Shown here: positions 53,452-64,000 of the stretch, piece by piece
Layout of the letters: each line of letters starts with the position of its first letter
Position numbering within the stretch: position 1 is the stretch's first letter
NCBI GenBank assembly: GCA_951406725.2
Contig: OX597814.1
Coordinates: forward strand, 220,658,001-220,722,000
DNA from: Octopus vulgaris
Lineage: Eukaryota
Direction of reading: 5' to 3'
DNA: 64,000 bases
The notes under the pieces: generated by a model
Databases searched by the model: none
Told to the model about the DNA's origin: nothing
The model's input: the letters and a program-made list of their open reading frames with translations, nothing else
Position numbers and translations under genes: made by a program

Positions 53452-54389
53452 CTGCAGTTAGTTTTCAGGATTTGAAGAGTGAAATATTTCCCTTATACTC
53501 GTACGTTTAAGATCTGCAAACACATTTTAATCCTTTCCACTGTAATTTAATTGTAATGTTTGTTTTGTCATGTCCGCGTGAAAGTTTTACAAATAGTAAT
53601 AACGTGAAATATTTACAGGATTTGAAGATGAAAATAGGTTTTCTTATTTGTAATATTTCAGTTGTGCAGATTTTAATCTTTGTTCTGCTTTTATTTTGTT
53701 CTATTTGGAATGTCATGTTTGTGTGGTACTTCTATGAATGATAGCAATATGCAAAATATTTTCAGGATTTTATAATTGAAATGTTTTTTATTGGTAATCT
53801 ATATTTTATTTTTATTTTGTTATTTCGGATGTCATGTTCATGTGGTATTTTTACAAAATATAACTGTGCAATAAAATGTTATTCCGTATTTCTCACAATA
53901 ATTTTCCTTTTGTGGAGTTTAACTTTTTCTTTGTCTGGGACGAAAAACATACTGTATAAGCATACATCCAATACTACCAAAATCTGAGAATACTGCACCA
54001 GCTGTGGCCCACTTGCATGAACTGGCTAAAAAGCTTCCTGATGAAATACATGAATATAAAAATCATTGCTGGGCCGAACAGTGGGTATCGTAGTGCAGGA
54101 GTGGATCCAGAAATTTCTAGTGGAGGGTGGATCTGAGGTCTGATTTATTGCAACTAATCAATGAAATGACGGTGTAATATGTTCAGAGATACTGAAAAAA
54201 TTCATTTTTATAATGAACCCTTCAACGGTTGTTTATTGCTAGTACAAAAATATGCTTTCTATCATCTATCTTTAAACAAAGCATTCAAATTTGAAAGTTT
54301 CTTGGTTCGTGGTGGGTATGTATTCCTCTACATTCCTCGGAATACATCCCTGTCATAGGGTAGTTTCAGCATTACAGTGGGTACATAAC

Positions 54390-54547
54390 AGCAGTGGCTG
54401 TGTGGTAAGTAGCTTGCTAACCAACCTCATGGTTCTGGGTTCAGTCCCACTGCGTGGTATCTTGGGCAAGTGTCTTCTACTATAGCCTCGGGCCGACCAA
54501 TGCCTTGTGAGTTGATTTGGTAGACAGAAACTGAAAGAAGCCCGTCG

Positions 54548-54594
<47 letters not shown>

Positions 54595-54791
54595 TTGTGT
54601 CTGTGTTTGTTCCTCTAACATCGCTTAACAACCGATGCTAGTGTTTACGTCCCCATAACTTAGCTGTTCGGCAAAAGTGACCAATAGAATAAGTACTAGG
54701 CTTACAAGGAATAAGTCCTGGGGTCGATTTGCTCGACTAAAGGCGGCGCTCCAGCATGGCCGCAGTCAAATGATTGAAACAAATAAAAGAA
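54390..54791 (+). mobile_element. SINE family A inserted in the pogo element
   Basis: gtggctgtgtggtaagtagcttgct...gcagtcaaatgattgaaacaaataaaaga. Confidence 0.88.
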
Positions 54792-55686
54792 TATCATGTC
54801 TCTGTACTGACGGTCCCACAAAATAAATTGGTAAGGTAAACGAGTGCTGCCTTTTGTTAGTTTTAGAGACGCGAGTGTGGGGTCACAACGGCAGACAGTT
54901 AGGGTTAGCCAACGTAAGGGATAGTGCAAATAAGTGTTAGACGAACAGCTAAAATAAATGCTAGGAACATTTTAAGTGGCGTGCTGGAGGTTACAGTGAT
55001 GTTTTTTCTTTTTCATTGCATCTGTAATGGTAACAAAATCCGAAGTGCCGGGCCTTTATTTTTATGTTTATTATTTCTTTTTTCAAATTTTTGGCTGTCA
55101 AAATTAGGGTGCGTCCTCGAGGGCGAAGCGTCTTTGATACCAGGAAATATGTTAAATAAATGTATTATTTACCATTCCTATATAATATTCATCGTGTGTT
55201 TTAAATCTAAATAACAGTTAACCTAGACATAGTCAATAGCTTTTGCAGTCTGAACTTTACTAGACTATAAAAATCAAACATTTCCAGTGCTTGCCTGGCT
55301 AGCGAGGTACACATCCCCAACAAAATGAGCTTGACTTTCTTAAGCAGATCTGTTTATAGATAACAAGTTTATATATTGGTTACAATTGACATAAGCAAAT
55401 TAAAACTACCTTTCTTCTTCAGCTTTCCATTTCTTCGTAAATTCCCAGCATATATGAAAGGATACTGGAATGAACATAATTTGGTTGACTCTGGATTAAG
55501 CTTATAAGTAGGAGAAATGGTTTTACTATGTCTGTTGAATGTAGCGTTGCAAATAATTATGCAATCTTCGTATCTCTAGAAGTATTTACAAAGACGTTAA
55601 CAAGCGCTGTCTCACAGTGTAAGATAATTATGTCGCAGTGAATAAGAATCAGTTTTGTGTCCTTACGGACACAAAGAGTCTTGTAA

Positions 55687-56226
55687 ACATATTTTGCTAA
55701 AATAAAACCATCAAAATTGGAATTTATAAGAAGTTTGTAGATAGTGTAGATTTTAATAATTGTTATATTTCATGAAAGTTACATGCTCCAAACTAATTAA
55801 TATGCAGCTTTTTTTAATATTATAGAATAGATGACACCAGTAAAAATATCTTAAGCATGGCCTTAACGTTTAGTATTTATTGCAGAACGTGTCCGTAGGT
55901 ATCTTCTCTCTTGGTCTTACTTCCAATGCTATTGCACAAAGATAACTGATATTTTCCTAATACGAATATTTATTTACTGCATGTTCTTATATGTAAATTA
56001 AATTTTACAGATACACACACATATATAAACAGACATACACACATATGCATTATATATATATACGCACACACGCGCGCACATACATATGTATGTACATTTT
56101 GCTAAAAAATTATCAATATTGGAATTTATAAGAATTTTGTAGACAGTGTGGACTTTAATAATTGCCATATTTGCATGAAAGTTATATGCTCCAAATTATT
56201 TACTAAGCAGCTTTTTTATATTATAG
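55687..56226 (+). repeat. Diverged ~140-bp direct duplication
   Basis: attttgctaaaa..attggaatttataagaa.tttgtaga.agtgt.ga.tttaataattg...gcagcttttt..tattatag at 55687-55825 and 56094-56226. Confidence 0.8.
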
Positions 56227-56392
56227 TGACTGCCTCATTGAGACACGTTTATTCTTTTCTTTCTACTCTTTCTCTCATTGTTTATCCTTTCCGTATGCCC
56301 CAAAACTTTAAAGGCTTCTTCCAGTTTTCCTGAGCGTCAACCTAATACATTCTGCTTGGTTTTTATTTTGTCTTTGTGTTTATTTATTTCTC

Positions 56393-56443
<51 letters not shown>

Positions 56444-56579
56444 TAGTTGAATGAATTATCTTAGTATGGATAATTCGGTTAACCGATACCTGGGTAGCAA
56501 ATTCACGTCAGAATAACACGGTTGAAGCTACATGTCAAGGGCAGAGATCACGTGCATTCGTGTGGAAATATAAAGGATA

Positions 56580-56822
56580 AAGATCCTTCCCGAGTCATAA
56601 AGTCAGTCATACGGGTGGTTTCCCGGGTTCCGGGTCGTATATGCTTCCTACTGGACAGGACGCCGGTCCGTCGTAGGATTGCTTATTTTTACCAACTGAG
56701 TAGCCTTGAACAACGTGAAGTGAAGTGTTTGGCTCAAGAACACAACGTGTCGCCCGGTTAAGGAATCGAAACCACAATCTTACGATCATGAGGCTAATAA
56801 CCTTACCACTAAACAACACGCA
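56580..56822 (-). mobile_element. SINE family D
   Basis: Minus strand tttagtggtaagg..ggtttcgattcc..ttcttgagccaaacacttc..cgacggaccggcgtcctgtccag. Confidence 0.72.
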
Positions 56823-57452
56823 CACATAATGCAACTATTAGATATAGATACATGCATATATGCATATATCATCATTTAACGTTTATATATGTGTGTGTGT
56901 GTGTGTGAATATGTATATGCATATATGTATATACATAAATAAGGGTAGAGAGGGTGAGGAGGAGTAAAAGAATACATACACAGACACAAACAGCTTCAGA
57001 AGAAAACTCAGCTCTTGTTGGGTCGTTTATCGTTTTTTTCTTTTTCTCACATCCTAAATTGGAAGTGACTACCGATAAATGCTAGCCTCATTAACTTCAC
57101 ATCATGCCACAGGACAAGGATGAAGTTAAGTGTAACTTCTATTTTTTTCATGTTTACGATAAAATTAATCCAATTTCCTTTCTCGCAGGTCAATACCGGC
57201 TGTCGTTTTCCAAAATAAACTTAGTATTTAAAATGTGACTAATGATTCGAGAGAGCAACATATACACACACCTGTAGAAAGAGTGTCAGGCGATGCAGAG
57301 ACGCGGAAAAAGGGTAAGAAGAGTGTGTGACTGATAGATAAACAGACAGACAGACACGAGAACCTGACTCATGTGTGTTTTCCCTGTCACTCATTTTTAT
57401 TTCTTTTCCTCTCTTCCTTCTGTTCTCAGTTTTCCCTAGACTTGCTCTTAGT

Positions 57453-57533
57453 ATCCGACGAAGGACTATATCCGAAACGTTACATCGTTACGCTATATAT
57501 CTTTCCTCTCTTGGAGAGCAAAGATTAAACAAC
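57453..57533 (+). repeat. Penelope-type terminal repeat with minimal hammerhead core (second copy at 58856-58937)
   Basis: ccgacga a gga ctata tcc gaa acgt t, then acgctatatatct.tcctctcttggagagcaaagattaaacaact in both copies. Confidence 0.7.
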
Positions 57534-57650
57534 TGGAAAGTGAAAGTGATGATCCATGGGCAATACCACAGAGAAATGGAAAGGAAAGACAACAACAACA
57601 CTTGAAGAAAAGGGATCTGAAAAAATGCACTGAGGCATTGATACGTAGCG
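57516..57650 (+). mobile_element. R4/Dong-like non-LTR retrotransposon fragment
   Basis: EQRLNNWKVKVMIHGQYHREMERKDNNNT../LKKRDLKKCTEALIRS matches the W..K.MHGQY...WL.K.DLK.ETEALI..AQ region upstream of the RLE zinc knuckle (from memory). Confidence 0.6.
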
Positions 57651-57991
57651 TTGTGGGGACATTGAAAACAAAAACCAGGCTTGAGGGATTTGTAGGAGAA
57701 ATTAGGATTGACATGAGTGACAGAACACGCTCAGGAAACTTATTTCTTGAGGAAAGCGTGGATTTTGTGATTGATATTTCGATGTTGGAAGAAGAGCCCG
57801 CGAGATCCTTGACAACTTGGTAGCTTTCTGCTGTTACAGAAATAGCTGGAATAAGAGAAATCAAGAGTTTTGAATAGGCACAAGGCCTAAACTTTGGGGG
57901 AAGCAAACTAACCGATTAAATCGACTCCAGTACTCAAGTGAATACAGAAAACCAGTTAGCTTTGTACAGATCAGACTGAAAGAGAGTAAGA

Positions 57992-58061
<70 letters not shown>

Positions 58062-58518
58062 AATTCAGGTACAACTTGGTATTTAAATGCTACAAGTAAA
58101 TAAATAAGCATGCATAGATTTAGCTGTTTGCTTATTGTTAAATCTCGGGAACGAAACAAGATAATGATTAACGAAGCAAAGGATTAATAAACGAAGATTG
58201 CCAACATCCAGAAGTAATATAACAACAACAGGTTATTAAATCTGCCTCAAATAAGTTAGCCATGTCCTCGAACAAACTGCGTAGAATCACTCCCACCCCT
58301 TTCTTCAGAACTAAACCTAACAGAAACAATCTAAATCCCATTTAGTGATTAGTATGTCGTCAAGCAACAATTAGCGAAGTACATACATAAACACACAATC
58401 GCATATAAATCCACATATATACACATCTGCGTCTATGGTAATATCTCGTCGTCAGACCGATACTTATATTTGGCTGTTTGAGTTCTTTAATTTGTGTTCA
58501 TATGAATATATATATATG

Positions 58519-58741
58519 TTTCTTTATTACCCACAAGGGGCTAGACATAGAGGGGACAAACAAAAGGACAGACAAATGGATTAAGTCGATTACATCGACC
58601 TCAGTGCGTAACTGGTACTTAATTTATCGACCCCCGAAAGGATGAAAGGCAAAGCCGACCTCGGCGGAATTTGAACTCAGAACGTAACGGCAGACGAAAT
58701 ACGGCAACGCATTTCGCCTGGCTTTCATGTGTTTCGCCGCT
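58519..58741 (-). mobile_element. SINE family E, tail type 1
   Basis: Reverse complement of 23655-23863. Confidence 0.85.
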
Positions 58742-59077
58742 TTCATGTGTTCATATGAATATATAATCTGAAGGTGTGTGTATGTGTGTTATACTCTTAC
58801 AAGAAGAGTGGTAACAGTGACTTCAAAGTTTTGGCCTGCTTACCTTCATCGGACTATCAGACGAAGGACTATATCCGAAACGTTACACTGTTACGCTATA
58901 TATCTATCCTCTCTTGGAGAGCAAAGATTAAACAACTATCAGAAACTTCGAAGTCATTGTCACCATTTTTCTGGTAAACGTATAATAAATATGTGCTCCA
59001 CAGAAAGTATTGAGTGATCCTTCAGTTTAAAGTAAAATTGTTTAATTTTATAACTCGACATTAAAAACAAACATTAA

Positions 59078-59192
59078 TGTGTGTGTGTGTGTATGTGTAT
59101 GTGTGTGTGTGTGTGTATGTGTGTGTGTGTGTATGTGTGTGTATGTGTGTATGTGTGTGTGTGTATGTGTGTGTGTATGTGTGTGTATATGT

Positions 59193-59231
<39 letters not shown>

Positions 59232-59267
59232 TGTGTGTGTGTGTGTGTATGTGTGTATGTGTGTGTG
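59078..59267. repeat. (TG)n/(TGTA) microsatellite
   Basis: Direct inspection. Confidence 0.97.
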
Positions 59268-59971
59268 TTCCTTGAGATGACCACGTCACAGGAACTCCTC
59301 TAAACCTGGTCTTTGGAATGCTGTCATGCACTCGTGACCCTTCACCAGTCGAACAATACGATCGCTAGAACTTTTTAAGATGGCGTTTTATACAGAGCGC
59401 TAGCGGTGGAGAAACAGCAGCAATGTTCTCGGATTGTCTGTCAACCGATTGTCACCTGTTTAAACGAAAATTCGAGCTTCAACATATAGGAAATATTCCA
59501 TAGAACATTCATTCACTGGTACTGTGGAAGCTTACTGAGATGTAGGAAAAAAGATTAAAAAAACTCGATGTACGCAACTGAAACAGCAACACATTGAAAT
59601 CGCCGTTTGTGTATCAAACTAAATGTAGACGCTACAGAGAAATCATGCACTCAAGTAATATAATAAAAACACATAAATAAAAAAAAAAGCAACTCAAATA
59701 CAATTTTTGAGCAGTAATATTTTATGTAGTTGTTGGTTGTGGCTGGTCAAAAAGTTACTACTTCAGACGTGAAACCAATGCTAGCTTTCTGACAAGCCAT
59801 AACCAACAATTTCATTATACACACACACACACACACACGAATATATATATGAATATTGTTCGTATGTGAGTTTTTATTTATGTATTAAGTTGTTAATTTT
59901 ATATGCTGTTCAACCGGATTCTAACGTTCAAAACTAAAAATGTTAAATAAACGAGTAATCCGAATTTAGGT

Positions 59972-60481
59972 GTATAATCCTCGTGTATAATCCGCATTTC
60001 CCACCAAAATTTAAAGGTCAAAATCCCTAGTGCGTACTATATACGAGGTTAAAAATGAAAATTATTTTCTAAGCAATGTCCGAGTTTCCATTTGCTGTCC
60101 GACAATGTTTATTCAGATGCATTTTGTGATGTAGGGCGCGAAAATACCTTAAGCTAAGCCTGAAAGCAATGAAGTCATAAAAGAATCATCCGTAACTTGC
60201 AGTAAGCAACATTTATTAAACGTTATTACTGTTATTTCTTTATTTTCTGCAAACAAAATGCACAAAAGAGCTACACGTTTGCATTACGTTATATATACAA
60301 TAATAATAAAGGACGTTACCGTATACAGTTTTACAAACCAAGGGCGTTATATAGACCTCCTCGACTCAAGTTAGAGAAGGGGTGCGTATTATACACAAGG
60401 TTTAGGCCTTTCAGGTGTACAGTCCCCTAAAAGTCCCCTACGTATTATACTCAAGGGCGGACTATACTCGAGGATTTACGG
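59972..60481. mobile_element. pogo/Passer-type non-autonomous MITE
   Basis: Right end gcggactatactcgaggatttacgg|TA; left end aatcctcgtgtataatccgc; subterminal gtgcgta(c/t)tata motifs. Confidence 0.7.
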
Positions 60482-61389
60482 TAAAAGGAAAGCGGTATTT
60501 TTATAAGCTTGTCCAGAACGACTATACTTGTTTTCAGACTTCGAGTTAGCCCTTATGTCATACGTTATGAGTAATAAAAAGCTTTCCTTTCATATGTCCC
60601 AAGTTACTCTGGAGGTTAGCAAAATTTGGACATAAGTGTCGTATAAAATAGACAGACGCCAGGGAAATATTGCCCGTACAGTTTAACACGTGTGAAAAGC
60701 GCAGGACAGGCAAAAGGTTAAGAAGGGGACTTGTTGGATAAAGTAGTATTGGATTCGTTGTACATAGAGGGTAAATAAATACGAGTCGGTCCCTGGTGGT
60801 GTACTTTTGATCATAGGTCAGTTTTGTTCAGTGTTGACACAGGATGGCTAAGCAACAACATCAACAACAATAAGGAAACGAGAAGTTGGTCAACTTGAGT
60901 GGATGAGATCAGTAAAACGAAAAGGAAATTTTTTTGATTTCACCCACAGATTATTTGAAATGGATTAAACAGCTAAATAGACGGCGTAGTATTTATTTAT
61001 GTCAAACACAAATAGCAGTAATAGGATTGACTCACAACCAACAATTATAATATGTGTGTGTGTGTGTGTGCTACCTGAAAGTCGTGATTCGTCTCTCTTC
61101 CTACTCCTCCCTTACAACCCATTAGTCACGGAGGCGCAGCAAAGAGTGCAAAGGTCATATGCGTTGCATTTCCTCTTTTGATAAATTTGTGCGTGCGTGC
61201 GTGTGTATGTATGTATATATGGATAAATTAAGAAATGGAAACAAAATTTATCCTTTATACAAAAACATTTCACTTAACCCTGGAATTACTACTTTTATAA
61301 GTAAGCTGTAATATCCTTGGCACTTATGTGAATTTTTGCTACCTTGGTAACTATTTATTTATTATTTTCCTTGTTATTTGTAAACATTG

Positions 61390-61506
<117 letters not shown>

Positions 61507-61632
61507 GTGGATTGACACGCATTTACCCAAGGCAATATGATCATCATCTACCTGAGAAAGAGTATTAGTCATTGAAGGTGAACAACCACTGTATAGGTAG
61601 TCGATGCAAAATGGCTGTCTACGTGAATCCCT

Positions 61633-61814
61633 TCTACTACAGGCACAAAGCCTGAAATATGGGGGAAGGAGATGACTTGATTGCATCGACCCCAGTGCGT
61701 AACTGGTACTTAATTTATCGACCCTGACGGCATTTGAACTCGGAACATGAAGACACGAAATACGGCTAAGCGTTTTGCCCGGTGTGCTAACGATTTTGGC
61801 AGCTCAACGCCTTA
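61633..61814 (-). mobile_element. SINE family E, tail type 2, with TSD
   Basis: Family E motifs; flanking direct repeat ctgtctacgtgaatc at 61615-61629 and 61815-61829. Confidence 0.85.
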
Positions 61815-61864
61815 CTGTCTACGTGAATCAAGCAAACAAGAATCAACCTCAAATACTCTCTCTC

Positions 61865-61933
<69 letters not shown>

Positions 61934-61934
61934 T

Positions 61935-62105
61935 AAAGTCAAATCGGAAAATAACATAAATAAGCAACAAGAGGACGGACGTGCACATGGAATGTATTAG
62001 TTTTGATGCTCAGTAAAAAGAGAGAGCTTTTGACATTTTGAGCATGGCTCTTCGTCAGGAAAGGAAAACGGAAAAGCCCAGAGAAGGAAAGAAAAATCAC
62101 CAACA
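61935..62105 (-). mobile_element. Penelope-type terminal repeat with hammerhead core
   Basis: Minus strand ctgacga a gagc cat gctc aaa atgt c aaaag (gctcGaaaCgtc after two CpG transitions); flanks resemble 44960 and 6370. Confidence 0.6.
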
Positions 62106-62705
62106 GCGTGTGTAGTTGTGTGTAGTTACATTATGTGTGTGTGTGTGTGTGTGTGTCATGGAATATTACAAGTTAAATGTAGTGCATTTAAGGTCGATTG
62201 TTCCCGGTTGTTTAATTCCCATAAAATATAACGCGCGTGTGTGTGTGTGTGTGTCCGTGTGTCCATGCACTGAAGCCTCGTTTTAATAGACTAATATAGG
62301 AGGAAAGGTGAGTCTGTTAATGCCGAATGTCCGTTAACTCGACAGTAACTTAAGGTCTATTGTTTATTGTTTCTAGTGTTAATTAAACAGAAAAAGAGCT
62401 CCAATACTCCATGCACTGGTGCACAATATAAAATAATAATACAATCTGACCGCATGGTGATTCTGAGGCTGAAAGAGACCGGAAATAAGACTTTCCCACG
62501 CTTCCCAAGATCAATACGAACTTCTAGTCAATGCATGCGTCCACACATGCGCAGACAACAGGCTCGATCATATACAAATACGTATATAATTCTACACTTC
62601 TTTTTGAAACTCAGTTTCGAGCAACAAGGAAATCGTTGCACGTTCAGTTGACGTGCTAGAAAAAACATCAAAATATCCTTTGAATTAAAACCCGACATCT
62701 TGGAG

Positions 62706-62810
<105 letters not shown>

Positions 62811-62911
62811 AATTAGAGACAAAACCACTATTTTGCAAATCAACCAAAGAAAGACTTAATCCAATACATAAAAAAATTTAATATAAAGTAAAAAAAATTA
62901 AATTCGCCACT

Positions 62912-62994
<83 letters not shown>

Positions 62995-63001
62995 CACACA
63001 C

Positions 63002-63316
63002 AGGCACAATGGCCCAGTGGTTCGAGTAGCCGTATCGCGGTCTTGAGCGATGACGCATAAAGCACCACGAGGCTCCGGCAAGGAGTAGTAGTGGCGAACT
63101 CTGCTGTACTCTTTCTCTCACCCTTTCTTCTGGTTTCTGTTGTACCTGTATTTCAAAGGGCCAGCTTCTCACACTCTGTGTGTCACGCTGAATCTCCCCG
63201 AGAAGGGTACGGGTGTCTGCAGAGTGCTCAGCTACTTGCACGTGAATTACACGAGAAGGCTGTAACATGGATCGGATCAACTGGAACCCTAGTCGTCGTA
63301 ACCGACGGAGTGCCAC
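63002..63316 (+). mobile_element. SINE family C, tail type 2, deletion in head
   Basis: ggcacaatggcccagtggtt..ccacgaggctccggca..ggaaccctagtcgtcgtaaccgacggagtgc. Confidence 0.8.
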
Positions 63317-63324
63317 AATATGAG

Positions 63325-63576
63325 TATTATATACACATATAATACTATATATGTATATTTTATATTATTTTATATATACATTATATTATATATATCATAT
63401 ATATATTATATTATACATATATATAACATTATAAATATATATATAATATTATATATATACATTATATACACATGATATATATATATATATATAAATTTAT
63501 ATATAATATATATACACACATGATATATATATAAATATATGATATATATATATATAAATTTATATATGATATATAT

Positions 63577-63607
<31 letters not shown>

Positions 63608-63634
63608 AATATATGATATATATATATATATATG

Positions 63635-63683
<49 letters not shown>

Positions 63684-63698
63684 ATATATACACACGAT

Positions 63699-63733
<35 letters not shown>

Positions 63734-63902
63734 TATATAACATGATATATATATATAAATATATGATATATATATAAATTTATATATGATATATATACAC
63801 ACACATGATATATATATATATATATATATATATGATACACATATATATATATATAAATATGATATATATATATAAATTTATATATGATATATATATATAT
63901 AT
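63325..63902. repeat. AT-rich low-complexity (TA)n tract
   Basis: Direct inspection. Confidence 0.95.
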
Positions 63903-64000
63903 AGGATGTATATCCGGAAATCCTTCGTCACACCTCTGTGACCTCTTCAGCGACACTTTTCGTTTCCGTTTGTCCTCTTGCTCCACTTACTCCGGATAAT

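Larger units (their letters stand above)
51475..55152 (+). mobile_element. pogo-superfamily (Passer/POGK-like) DNA transposon, near full length, inactive
   Basis: Left TIR ccatatttcccggcgtcgaagacgc; reverse complement of the right end acatatttcctggtatcaaagacgc, followed by TA; encloses a transposase pseudogene and a SINE. Confidence 0.8.

Noticed and set aside
63905-63955. Minus-strand CTGAAGA-gtcac/gtgac-GAAG hammerhead look-alike
   Set aside because: GAAG instead of GAAA, no UH cleavage site, a mismatch at the base of stem I, and little context before the window edge

Overview
AT-rich, repeat-dense animal genomic DNA, not prokaryotic. The SINE families, Penelope-like and RTE fragments and very long (TA)n/(CA)n/(AAT)n tracts point to an octopus (inference from repeat recognition). 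No intact protein-coding gene is visible; most ORFs in the track are microsatellite or SINE read-through. The recognisable protein sequence is all decayed transposon: a near full-length pogo/Passer (POGK-like) DNA transposon (51475-55152), RTE reverse transcriptase fragments, a Penelope GIY-YIG tail and an R4/Dong-like fragment. Four tRNA-headed SINE families, an RTE-tailed repeat, four non-autonomous Helitrons and several MITEs fill much of the rest. Three observations stand out. (1) About nine type I hammerhead-ribozyme-like motifs sit in Penelope-type terminal repeats, several with a CCGANGA core and some as inverted duplications. (2) DNA switches sharply from CpG-depleted (1-42.2 kb) to CpG-normal (42.3-64 kb) at a candidate minus-strand first exon next to a CpG-rich palindromic MITE, suggesting a large-intron, body-methylated gene running leftward. 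(3) There are retrotransposition scars: an RTE 5' inversion, a 41-bp locally templated insertion at a SINE 5' end, and a structured element inserted in (ATT)n. I found no convincing wholly new biological system; the hammerhead set is the best lead.
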